From the NCBI RefSeq assembly GCF_001194135.2, contig NC_068987.1:4915564-4979563 (forward strand): a DNA stretch of 64,000 nucleotides, read 5' to 3'. The position numbers and the translations under genes were made by a program. A model generated the notes under the pieces. The model had not been told where the DNA came from. It did no database searches and saw only the letters and a program-made list of their open reading frames with translations. Positions 49,379 through 61,770 of the stretch are shown piece by piece; positions within the stretch are counted from its first letter, which is position 1; each line of letters begins with the position of its first letter. This DNA comes from Octopus bimaculoides. Taxonomy: Eukaryota.

Positions 49379-51591
49379 CTGGATGCACAATGAAGGGCCC
49401 CCACAGCAAAACAGCAAATGCAAAAAGGAAAGAAAAAAAAAAAGAAACAGATGAATTTCAGCAGGTGATGGGCCGACCAAATATTTTAATCTAATGGAAT
49501 AAATTACCCATTTTTTATTCCTCTTTTTATGACATATTTGTCAGTAAATGGATTTTGAAATTCATTCTTTTTGTTGGTGGTGATAAAAATACTTTGTGAT
49601 TTTTTTTTTTTAAATANNNNNNNNNNNNNNNNNNNNNNNNNNNNNNNNNNNNNNNNNNNNNNNNNNNNNNNNNNNNNNNNNNNNNNNNNNNNNNNNNNNN
49701 NNNNNNNNNNNNNNNNNNNNNNNNNNNNNNNNNNNNNNNNNNNNNNNNNNNNNNNNNNNNNNNNNNNNNNACACCCACCATATAATTATTTGCACGTGTA
49801 ATAAAAGAATGCAACTCTATAGTTTTATAAAGAAACTCTTCGTTCATATAACCCAATAACAGATAGCATTGTATGATCAGTGAATTTCGTTAAATACACC
49901 AACAAAGGAAAAAGTAGAACAAAAAAAAAAAAAATCAAGGTCACTTACACAAACGCACACAATAATGTATGTACACACACACACACACATCTCATACAAA
50001 CAATACATACTTATGGACTCACACTCGTAGAATATTGCAGTTTTTATAAAACAATTGTAACAGTTTCTTCTTTAACACAAAACAATATTCATAAAAGACT
50101 AAACTACAAAGTAAGCATGTAGCAACACAAGATTTCCTTTGAGTTCTTTTTTCTTCCTCTATATGATGTATTTAGGTTTGTGTGGGCATCTAATGTATCA
50201 ATAACATTACATGGCAGTTTTATTAATTGAACTAATTAATCTTAAATGTTAACAATTTTCAAATATAACTCAACATTCTTCATTTCATTGTGACAACAGT
50301 TTAATGCAAACCCACAAACACCCCAGTGATAATTAGAAACATTCTCAAATTCATAAATACTGGAAGAAAAGAAAGCTAAATATTGGTATAGAATTTTTTC
50401 TTTGGTATTTATCTATAGTTTTTATACACCTTTGTGTTCATACATTTACTGAAGAACATTAATTTTTCCAGTTTGATCATGTAAAACAATTAGACAACTA
50501 AAATAATTAAAATTGACATTTTAGAGATCTGAATTCTATGTGGCTTCTTTTGATATCAACCCTATAAAAATAATATCTGGCAATTTCAAAATGTTATTTT
50601 AATTATAGGAAATAATCTAAGCCAATGGCAGTTTTTTTGACATTACCCTTAAAAACATATTCAACAATATTATTAATAAACCTCTGTACTGACACATATC
50701 TCTTAGATGTTGCCCACAGTATATAAGAAGAATAAAAATAATGGTAATAATAAACCTCTGTATTGATCCACATTCAAACTAAATTTATATGTTGTCTGCT
50801 ATATTCAAAATGTAGACATTTTATAACATTACAAATTGCAAAATTATTTTTGTTACATTTTGTTTTTAAATTCCATATTTTCATTGAATTCTTTTAAACC
50901 ATACCCCATATTTTTTTTTAAAAATCACAATTGAAATTATTGGTACTCATTATTTGAATAGGAATTGAATAAAATCGCAGTACTATTTCCAAAGAATAAC
51001 TTTCGTTATGTTAACATCTGAAAGTAAATGACTATGAGGACGTTTTTTTTTTCTAAAAGTCAGATAATCTAAAGTTAACGTATCACATTCTACATCTTGC
51101 ATCAAAAATGCTGTTGGATGCATCGATAGTAAATTTAAGTAGAACTCTAGAAGATGCTACCCAAAGATGCTGGTCACATTGATTGTCTCCAAAGCAAACT
51201 AATTCCTTAAAATAACACAGCACCAAATATTTAAACAGATATTCCCTATTCCAAGATGTACAAATGTCACTCAAAAGGAAGCAATTAGTGAAGGATTTAA
51301 AAATCAGAAAAATACACTTCTATCAAGAATTAAACCTTACTTATCTCTGGAAAATAAAGTCAAGGTTGTAAAAAAAAAACCAAACAACTTAATCTAAGAA
51401 TGATTTAATTAAATAATGCAAAGAAAACCACCAAAATATACATTACTATGTGATAGGACATTCTCTACGACAGATTATTGGTAAATATCATATATCTGAT
51501 TAAGCAATATTAAACCATGACTAGAAACTAGCTCAATTCATTCAATTCATCATCATTTAACGTCTGTTTTCCATGCTGGCATGGGTTGGAC

Positions 51592-51626
<35 letters not shown>

Positions 51627-53786
51627 AAAAGTAAAACCACACACACACACACACTAAAATATTTGAAACTCATAACTGACTTTCTAATACATGCAATTCT
51701 CAAACAACTGTCCTATTTGTAAAAATTCCAAGAGTATTAAATGATTGTTTGGTCATGTTGCTAAGGTTCACTATATTTGCCTTATATTGTCTGCTATATT
51801 TCTCAACTGGATAAAGATAGCTTGGTTCTATGCCTGCATTCTAAGAATGTTGTTATTGATACTATTCTTTATCTTTAACCAAATATACTTAGATATAAAA
51901 TGCTGCATTCTGAGACCTTCATGAAGAAAGAAGCTGGTATGTTGTGTATAGCGACTCATTTTATGACAGAAGCAAGCAAAATACACTATCATCATCATCA
52001 TCATCATTTTTACATGTTTTCTATGTTGACATAGATTAAACAAATCTTAAGGCAAATTGTCAGTGGCTGGAAGCTCTTGCTGTTACCAACCTTCATCTGT
52101 TTCTCAAGTTAGGCATTTTCATCCCAACAACCCTCACACACTAAAACCAACAAAGTTGCTGAAACTATCGAACTTTTAGTGTACTAGAGGATGTCATCAT
52201 TTTCACTGAAATTGATCTGATGAGGAGATGTGGAGACAAATGTTCACACAAGAAAATGTCAGTTTTTAGCTTCACAACAAACGGAGTCAGAAAAATAATA
52301 AAGCGGAAATTAACTGGAAACTAATATATAGTCTGGTTTTAGTGTCATGATGGAGTTCTCATGTAATACAGACCAATTTTAGCCATCGAAAGAAATGTTT
52401 AAATAGCCGAATGCACTGTATGTTATTCTCAAGCAAGACAACATATATCTCTGCCACCTGGGCTAAATCTAAGAGTCAACACTATATTTATGGCTGGCAC
52501 TACCAATTTTAGCTTGTAGTAGCAAAAACATGTAAAGCAAATTGCCTCAAGAATTCATATACAGACTGCATCGTTTCTGAAACCATCCAACTGGCGGATC
52601 AAAGTACAAAAACAAATGAAAACTAATGAAATAATTACAAAGCAGCAAAAGCTATCAAAAGCTATACAGCAACCACAATTTCTTTAACTACAAAGATTTA
52701 TAAGGGGGCTGAAACTGCAACCACCCATACGAATATCTTAGAAATGAACCTGACCTACAACTATTTAAAACAAGTAAAATTTTGCAGAAGGCAAAATTAT
52801 TTCACGTTTTTTTTTTTTTTCAACAGAAGGTTAACGAGAAAAAAAAATCACATACATTAATACCTTTAAAGAAATTAAGTTACAGTTTCTCTATTATCTT
52901 TTTTTTGTTTTTTTTACAAAATTGCTACTTTATTTAATTTTTGAAATTGCATGGCTAATTGTTATTAAATAATGAGGTAGAATCATTGACTTAAGAAAAT
53001 ACGGAGTAAACAGGGTGAGGATGTTTCCTAAGATGCTTATAGCTATAAGAAAGAAAAATATGAACAGCCATCTTTGATATCTGCTCCAGATTCCCAAAGC
53101 TCAACTGAAAATAAGGGATTTGGTCATATACATATATATACATTGTATATACATACAAATGATTGAATGAGCGAGTATATATGTGTGTGTGTGTGTGTGT
53201 GTAATGATGTGAAAAAGAAACAACAAGAGAATTTGCTTTTTGTAGAGTGTGTGAGATGTATGTGTATATATATATATATATATATATGAATATATATGTG
53301 TGTGTATGTATACAGAGATAGAGGTAGAGAGAAAGAGTGTGTGTGAGTGTGTATATGTGAAGTTCATTAAGATATGATTCACCAAAGATGAAATATATAA
53401 AGGAAGGTGGGAAATGAACACAACAACAAAACAAGAGCAGTAGTAGCAGCAGTGATGGTGGTAGTAGTAGTAGTAGCAGTAGTAGTAGTAGCAACAAGAT
53501 GGAGATGATGAAGAAGAAATTTCATATAAAATGGTCCTCATGAAAACCATGAGAAACATCTTCCAACAGCTCTGCGACTAAAGCACCAGCAAATTTCATC
53601 TTTTTAAAAAACTTTTTTTTTTTAAAAACTTTTTTTGTGACTTCTGAAACGAAAGAAAAAAAAGATACAAAAGTTATTTTACATTCTCATGAAGTGTCAA
53701 ACGAAAACAAGAGATACAAAAGGCAAGTTGTCTGCTGTGTGTATGTATATATACATATATATACACATAAATACATATATACACAC

Positions 53787-53833
<47 letters not shown>

Positions 53834-54395
53834 NNNNNNNNNNNNNNNNNNNNNNNNNNNNNNNNNNNNNNNNNNNNNNNNNNNNNNNNNNNNNNNNNNN
53901 NNNNNNNNNNNNNNNNNNNNNNNNNNNNNNNNNNNNNNNNNNNNNNNNNNNNNNNNNNNNNNNNNNNNNNNNNNNNNNNNNNNNNNNNNNNNNNNNNNNN
54001 NNNNNNNNNNNNNNNNNNNNNNNNNNNNNNNNNNNNNNNNNNNNNNNNNNNNNNNNNNNNNNNNNNNNNNNNNNNNNNNNNNNNNNNNNNNNNNNNNNNN
54101 NNNNNNNNNNNNNNNNNNNNNNNNNNNNNNNNNNNNNNNNNNNNNNNNNNNNNNNNNNNNNNNNNNNNNNNNNNNNNNNNNNNNNNNNNNNNNNNNNNNN
54201 NNNNNNNNNNNNNNNNNNNNNNNNNNNNNNNNNNNNNNNNNNNNNNNNNNNNNNNNNNNNNNNNNNNNNNNNNNNNNNNNNNNNNNNNNNNNNNNNNNNN
54301 NNNNNNNNNNNNNNNNNNNNNNNNNNNNNNNNNNNNNNNNNNNNNNNNNNNNNNNNNNNNNNNNNNNNNNNNNNNNNNNNNNNNNNNNNNNNNNN

Positions 54396-54435
<40 letters not shown>

Positions 54436-54774
54436 AATCATTTAATAAGCACAGGATTTAAATGTAAACCACTCCAAGCTTTATGCTTGAATAATCCAGT
54501 AAAACTCCAGGCTCCTGAATGATTGCATATTACCAGCCTGCTATACAAGCTTGTCCTATTATTTTATTATTGAGCATGAATCTTATAATGGGTCAAGTAT
54601 AAATCTTGTGTTTATTATGTATTTATCTCTCACTAGACAGAGTACTTTTTTGTTGATCCTACCAACAGTATAGTGCCGTGTGTGTGAGTATACACACACA
54701 TACACAGAGGGTAATATCGAACAGTGAGAATGAGTGCTCAAAACCACCTTGGTGAATAAGAAGTTTTTACTTCT

Positions 54775-54976
54775 GGGTTAACAAGGCCACCATTGGTTTC
54801 ATGCTGAGAATTCTCAGCAATTATCAAACCTGCCACATTAGGTCAGTGGAATTTGTTTCCGTTTTGGATGAGAATACCATCCAAGATGGAGATGAGTAAC
54901 AACATTTCATGTGGCAGGCTTGATAATTGTTGAGATATTTCTCTCAGCATGAAACCAATGGTAACCTTGTTAACCC
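54775..54976. repeat. Inverted repeat or MITE (about 65 bp arms)
   Basis: gggttaacaagg..accattggtttcatgctgaga...attatcaa.cctgccacat and its reverse complement. Confidence 0.8.
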
Positions 54977-55245
54977 ACAAATAAGTGTATGTATGTATGT
55001 ATGTATATATACATGTATGTATGTATGTATGTGTGTGTATATATATATATATATATATNNNNNNNNNNNNNNNNNNNNNNNNNNNNNNNNNNNNNNNNNN
55101 NNNNNNNNNNNNNNNNNNNNNNNNNNNNNNNNNNNNNNNNNNNNNNNNNNNNNNNNNNNNNNNNNNNNNNNNNNNNTAAATATCTTTGACAAAATTATAA
55201 ATTAAAATTCATTTTTTATATTTTGGCGTTTTCAAACCTGTTTTT

Positions 55246-55286
<41 letters not shown>

Positions 55287-55619
55287 ATGATGATATATAT
55301 ATATATATATATTTGTTTATATATTTTAGAACAAAAATGTCTTTATCAAAAGGTCAGACAACATTTATTGTCCCACAAATCACATGCTATAACAGTCATC
55401 CTGTTCAACTGCCCAAGGATATCTAATTTAACTTATTGAGTGGTCTTGTGGTTAACAGTATGAGTGGCAGGGCAGTAGGAGACTAGCTTTCTGGAACCCC
55501 TGAGGCATGCAGAGAAGGGAAGTGTACAGATGGGAGAGTGATGGAGGGAAACACAAGATACACAACCAATTTCTGTTGTTAGCAAATTTACATTACTGCT
55601 AAACGGACTTTTGAATCAC

Positions 55620-55656
<37 letters not shown>

Positions 55657-55666
55657 AAGCATAACC

Positions 55667-55708
<42 letters not shown>

Positions 55709-57703
55709 TTATATTTGTATGTGTGTGTATATATATCACAAACATACATACATATGTACATAAAATAAAAACCATCTGGTGTGGTGTAGCAACATGGCTT
55801 TTCATGTGAGTTTACAGTAGACTATAGAAAGAGAAAGGGGGAGAGGGTGAAAGAGATTATTCTGGGGGAGATTCTTGGGTGCACGGACCCTTTCAGGGCA
55901 GTGGCAGCTGGTGGGATAAAAGGGGGTGACATACCAAAAAAATGCTGATTCTATCATGAAAACAGGATTTTGAAATTGAATCCCTAAATTCAGTGATCAA
56001 ATTCAAGGGTGTCAATCTGTATGAGTAAAATGGAGCACAACAGTGATATGAAAATGTAGAAAATGAAATACTCAAATACTAATGAAATCAATATATACAC
56101 AATTTTAATTTTAAATATCATATAAAGGACCAAATGAACTCCAATAGTAAGTTATCTAAATGCAAATGTGAACTTACTTTAGCATCAAATTAAAACAAGT
56201 TATTTATTAGTCAACAAAAATAGAGGCTAACATGTAAAGTGGACCAGGTGTTGTGGTTGTGGTTGCTGTTGTTGTAAAAGTTTAATCTCAATTCAGCCCT
56301 TGCTCGGTCAGACATATGATCAAACACGTTCTAGCTGTGACCAACTCATTGTCAGACATTAGTTTGCCTCAGACTACTTCAGTATCCAATATGTCCTTCC
56401 TTCTCTTTTTTAAAGATGATTATCATTTCAGAGATTTGTCTGGTATTACTAGCAAGTTGAGCAGCCCTATAAAAGATCCCTTATTGGCTCATGGACCACA
56501 TATATTAAAACTGAGGACAGAATAAACTTTTTGCTGATGAAATTGCTGGGTTTGCTGGAGTCGTAAATGAACAGATGTAAACTGCATTCATCATTAAAAT
56601 TTTGAGACCACAATATATTTGACCCCTTTTGATACAGAGACTGCCCCAAGTTCTGTGATGTAAAACTTCCAGTTTAAAAACATTCATATTTAAATCAAAA
56701 TCTTCCATCACAATTTTATGCAAGAACATTTAAAGTTATGCTTCAAATACCAACTTAAAAATAAACGTAGAAGTTAATCATTTTGCTAAATGCAATTTCT
56801 TGGTTGTTTTCAAAATTAATAGCAGCAGGAAAGCTGTAGGCAACAGCATGAGAAATACTATGAACGGATTAATGATATTGTAATGTGTTCGACAGTGAAG
56901 GCTGCTTGACAATATCCTTGGCAAACATCAGGAATTCAGATCTACGTCTGAGAAAAAGTGAATTTTGGGATAACTTCAATCAAGTGAAAGAATCTCTTTT
57001 TTGTTAAATTAAACATTATACTGAGTAAAATGAAAAGTTAATATTCTTTTCTTAATGTAATTATAACAAATGAAAATCATACCACAATACATTCCTATTA
57101 TGTACCCAGGATAAGCTTCAAACATATTCAATGTAGTGGTAAAATGATTTTCTACTATAATTGTAATTTTAACGTTTCTTTCCCCCTTGTGTGTCAAGTT
57201 CAGCCCCACAGCATGACATCTCTTTACAGCTCTGGGCTGACCAAGGCCTTGGAAGTGAAGAAATAGAAATTACAACTTCACAATGCATACTCAACACTTT
57301 TCATCTACCAGCCACTCCTGCGCCTATTTTTGAATATTGAGCTTTATTTGATAACTAGTTGATCTAGTAAGCGGGGCTTCCTATCAGCGAGGGGGGCCAG
57401 TGCACAATGACGCCGTAGAAAGGTAGGCCCCAAAACGGTGTGCATTCTCTCCTGATGACCCCATACACTCACTGGCTTTTGGTATGTGGAGCTTTTAACT
57501 GGTAGCACTTGCATGTGCAAGTTGTTTGCAAAACATATATATATATAAATAAGTGAGCACTATTTTTTAATTACTCTATAATGTATAATTTAACAATTAT
57601 GATATGATACTATCACTTTACCTTAAAGCTTTTAGTTCTGTGTTGTGTGTGTGTTTTACACCTTGAATTCTTGGTGTCTGCCACATCCTCAAATACTCAC
57701 TGT

Positions 57704-57739
<36 letters not shown>

Positions 57740-58363
57740 CCATCTTATATACATCATAAATATTTGGAATGAGGACAAGACAAATGTTAATGAGTAAGAT
57801 GATCTCAACAGGATTTGAACTCTAAATTACTGAGTTATGATAGTGAACAACTGTAGGTACATATAAGCATTTCAATTCTACTTATTATTCATCTAAGCTA
57901 ATATGATCACCAAACCTTAAGGAACCTGACAACAGGCTGACTGAAACTAAATTGTTTTCAATATAATATGGCTCTTCACATTTCATCTTCATAATCAAAC
58001 GACCAAAGTGAAGCTCAATAGCAACTCTGCTGTTCTGGATTTGTAGCTTGTCTCTTGTTGGTTATGCAGACACTTTTATAGATCAACTTATACAACAATA
58101 CTGATTGTAAGGTCCCGAGAGACCGGTTTGAGAGAAGGAATTTTAACTCTGGTTTCATGGGATGAAGTAAATCTAAATCTTTCATGAGATAGGATGGTTA
58201 TCTGTTGCAGGTGACATTCGCAGATGATCTGTCACCCAAATCTGACATTGGAACGAGACAATTTGGTGCAGCTGCATGGATGCTGACGATCCGACACAGC
58301 TGACTGGACATTTTTGGCAACAGCATCTTTTGGTGCTGGAGGAACAGAGGTACACATGCTCAA

Positions 58364-58394
<31 letters not shown>

Positions 58395-58494
58395 AAGCGA
58401 GTGAGAGAGATTACAATTTATATAAATTGAAGATGACTAACAAAGACTTTCTCTTTCCTCAGACGTGTATAAAGAAATATCCTTTCTGTTACAG

Positions 58495-58695
58495 ACACAA
58501 GACTTGAAATTTTGGCAGGAGGAAGCTAGTTGATTAATTACATTGACCCCTGTACATGGCTGGTACTTGTTTCATCAACCCTGAAAGGATGAAAGGCTAA
58601 GTCGACCTTGGTGGAATCTGAACTCAGAACACAGAGGTAGACAAAATGCCACTAAGCATTTTGCCTGGCATGGTAATGCTTCTGCTACCTCACTG
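58495..58695 (-). mobile_element. Family-1 SINE in FNBP4 intron
   Basis: reverse complement of the 25208 copy. Confidence 0.8.
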
Positions 58696-59363
58696 TTTAT
58701 AAGTATAGAGAAACATATAAAGAGAGAGAGAAGGAGTGGAGGAAGAAAAGGAGGGGGGAGGGAAGAACTAGAGAAACACAAAAACATCGAATAAGTCAGC
58801 ACTGAGTCAGTGGTGCCAAAACAGCTGTGCCGAAATGTCTCATACCCCTCTGACAGCTAGATAGACTAAAACAATGCAGAATGAAGTGTTCTGCTCAGGA
58901 ACACAAATGTCAACAACAGATTTGAAATCATCTCCCATCAGATAATATTTCTACCTACACAACTAATTGTACAGGAACGATCTGGCATAAGTTCCTACTT
59001 CTCTTTTGATGAATTTACTTTTATGAAAGACATAAGTCAAGAACCCAACTCAGTGATATGGAAGTACTAAAGCACTGCAATGTTGCCTGGGAATTTTGGA
59101 TCTTCATGAGAGGCCCACAGTGAATGACACACATGCAGTGCCATAAGGACTGTTGCAGCTCTCTATCAAATAGGAATTCACTGCAAGAGGACAAAAGTAT
59201 CCAGCCTGCATAATAAATTATTCAAATACATATAAAAACAAGATATGTCCATCTGTCCTGAATAGATTAAAAGTGGCAGAGGAGAGATTAAGGTAGCGTG
59301 GAATCATACAAGCTCCCATATTTTCTTTACATATTCATTAAGTTTTTATATCAGTGTTTAGAG

Positions 59364-59894
59364 CAGTGGTTCTCAACCATTTTTTCCCCCCATGGACCTC
59401 TTTGTTTCCTATTTTATTTGGGTGAACCTTCATAGCTATTTGATGTTTAAAAAATCCTATCATATTTTTAGAATTATATATTAAGAATTGTATAAAAAAA
59501 AAATTGTTAAAATAGTTTGTGTATTGTAGAAGCATAACCAATTTATTGCAGATAAATTTTAACAATTAAATCTTATACGGACCCCAAGGGTCAAGTGGAC
59601 CCTAGTTGAGAACAAGGCTGTGGAGTCGGAGTCGTGGAGTTGGAAACAATTAAGGGGTAGCTGGAGTCAGAGTTGGTAAAACTATACCAACTTTGACTCG
59701 CAATATCTTTCTTCTTTAATATAAACCAGTTATAACATATAGGCCTACTCAAAGTACAAGCTTATGCCTATTCTTTATGAGATACGTAAACCACAGTCAA
59801 TTACATAAAAAGGAGTTGGAGGTGGCAATAGTGGAGGAGGAGGAGGAGTCGAAGTTTTTTGTTTCAACTCCACAGCCCTGGTTGAGAACAACTG
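59364..59894. mobile_element. hAT MITE (CAGTGGTTCTCAACC TIR) with a second hAT MITE nested at 59613-59880
   Basis: inner TIRs CAAGGCTGTGGAGTC / AACTCCACAGCCCTG flanked by exact 8 bp duplication GTTGAGAA (59605-59612, 59881-59888). Confidence 0.85.
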
Positions 59895-60725
59895 GTTTCA
59901 AGAGAAACAGATAGAAAGAGATGAGGTATTTGTGGAAAAAATCAAATAGAGGAGGAGAAGATGAAAACAGTTTGATGTTGCAAAACAGAGAGAGAGAAAG
60001 AGAGACAGAAAGGCATTGATATGTTTAGGACAAAGAGGTAAGAAAAATCTAAACTCACCTTTCAGAAAAACAATACGGCCTCCATTTGATGAGTAAGTCA
60101 ACGGCACAGAACAACTGATCCAGCTCTCGTATTAAAAGCGGAGGAGGTCAAACAGACATTCTCCTTATAAACTTCACCCCACAATCACCCGCTATTGGGG
60201 ATGGGGGGAAAAGTATTTAAATACCATGAGGAAGTGTGTGTGTGTGTGTGTATAATTATAGGTAGGTGTGTGTGTGTGTGTGTGTGTGTGTGCATGTAGC
60301 AGTCCCAATGAGAAAGAGGAAGGGGAAAGAATAAACAGAAAGTGGTTTGAGGATCCAATATTCCAATTAATTATTCTGGTTAATGAATTGTTCGATTGGT
60401 ATGTTATGAAGACAAAAAATAAAAAGACATAGGGGGCAGGGATAAATTGTATTGACCTCAAGAAAAGTCAAAATGTGGAAGGGATTGATCATGTTCCAGT
60501 CAATCTAGAATGCAAGGCAAAACAACAAAGTTTCAATACAGAACTCCACTTCCACTGTTGGTTCAAGATTGTTGCCAAATATTTATTACATATATTTGGA
60601 GAGAGATTAGTTACAAGATTCACTAGAATCTAGGTATATCCACAAGTAGGATGCTAGGCTTGGCTAGATACCATAACATTAGGGTAAAATGAGCATGAGG
60701 TATCGTGTATGTGTGTGTGTGTATA

Positions 60726-60763
<38 letters not shown>

Positions 60764-61664
60764 TACCAAATCCAATATAAACCGTGTATCCGACTCAGGG
60801 TCAGTTCCTGGTGTGGTGCAGGTATAAAAAGAACACTAATGGAATTTAAAATTTACATCTGTTTCAGTTGAATTTTATTGATACGTTCATAGACTACATC
60901 AATTCTGAAACAACTGTAGTAAATTTAAAACCTATTGAAAGCAAGCAAGTAAAAATTTGGGGGAATAACTCCTGCAGAAAGGTTTTGTGCTTAAACCTTT
61001 TTCTACTGCACTTTATGTGACCCTTTAGTAATTAGTATATATTATATTACAATTATGTCGTAAATATTATGCAGTTTTTAGTGTGCTTATCTTAGTGTGG
61101 AAGAAAAAATAGTACTGTGAAGTGTGGTGAGGTGAGAGTTACAGACCCATCCAACCTAAGTGGGCAAACACAATTAAACCAAATTAAGCACTAAGAAACT
61201 GAAACGTATATCCAACTGGTTCCATGTACAACTTTGGTATATTTCTTTATAGCAGACACTATAGCCTGAGAACCAAAGCCAGTTGAAACTTATCTGAGGT
61301 TATATTTTGAGATATCTCAGTAATAATAATATGTACATATTTTTTAATGCTATCTCTGCATATTTACTTCATGCATTACCTTTCACATAGTCACAATGTT
61401 CAAAATTAATTACGCGATTTTTTTTCCCACAATACATTATGTATTTATTGTATATTGTCATGCTTTCTCTCTACCTACATATGACAATATTTAAAGACAA
61501 AATATACTTTGGCTCACAGACTAACTACATCTATGCTTTTGAAGTCCTATTGATAATGATCAAGAGAGATGTATCTAAATTCATGATAATGTTTTAGTTT
61601 CCCAAGGAAAAAGTACAGAGATAACTGCTGACTTTGGTGCGCAAAAGAAATATAGACACATAAA

Positions 61665-61770
61665 ATAAAGAGAAACACAGCTGGAGCTGCTGTTTTCTAT
61701 ACAATATAAAAGATAGAGAAAGAAATACAGCTAGATTTGCTGTTTTCTGTACAATATAAAAGATACAGAA
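61665..61770. repeat. About 50 bp tandem duplication
   Basis: acagct.ga..tgctgttttct.tacaatataaaagata twice. Confidence 0.75.

Noticed and set aside
4040-55205. Many long six-frame ORFs rich in YI/CV/HT or X
   Set aside because: Artefacts of (TA)n and (CA)n microsatellites and N-gaps.
58205-58300. VTFADDL resembling the RT YADD/FADD motif
   Set aside because: Flanking residues do not resemble RT and a stop follows; cannot be supported.
60050-60110. - strand consensus donor AAG|GTGAGT as a possible FNBP4 exon end
   Set aside because: Upstream frames do not encode the expected GWxCxWD start of WW2, and there is no convincing acceptor.
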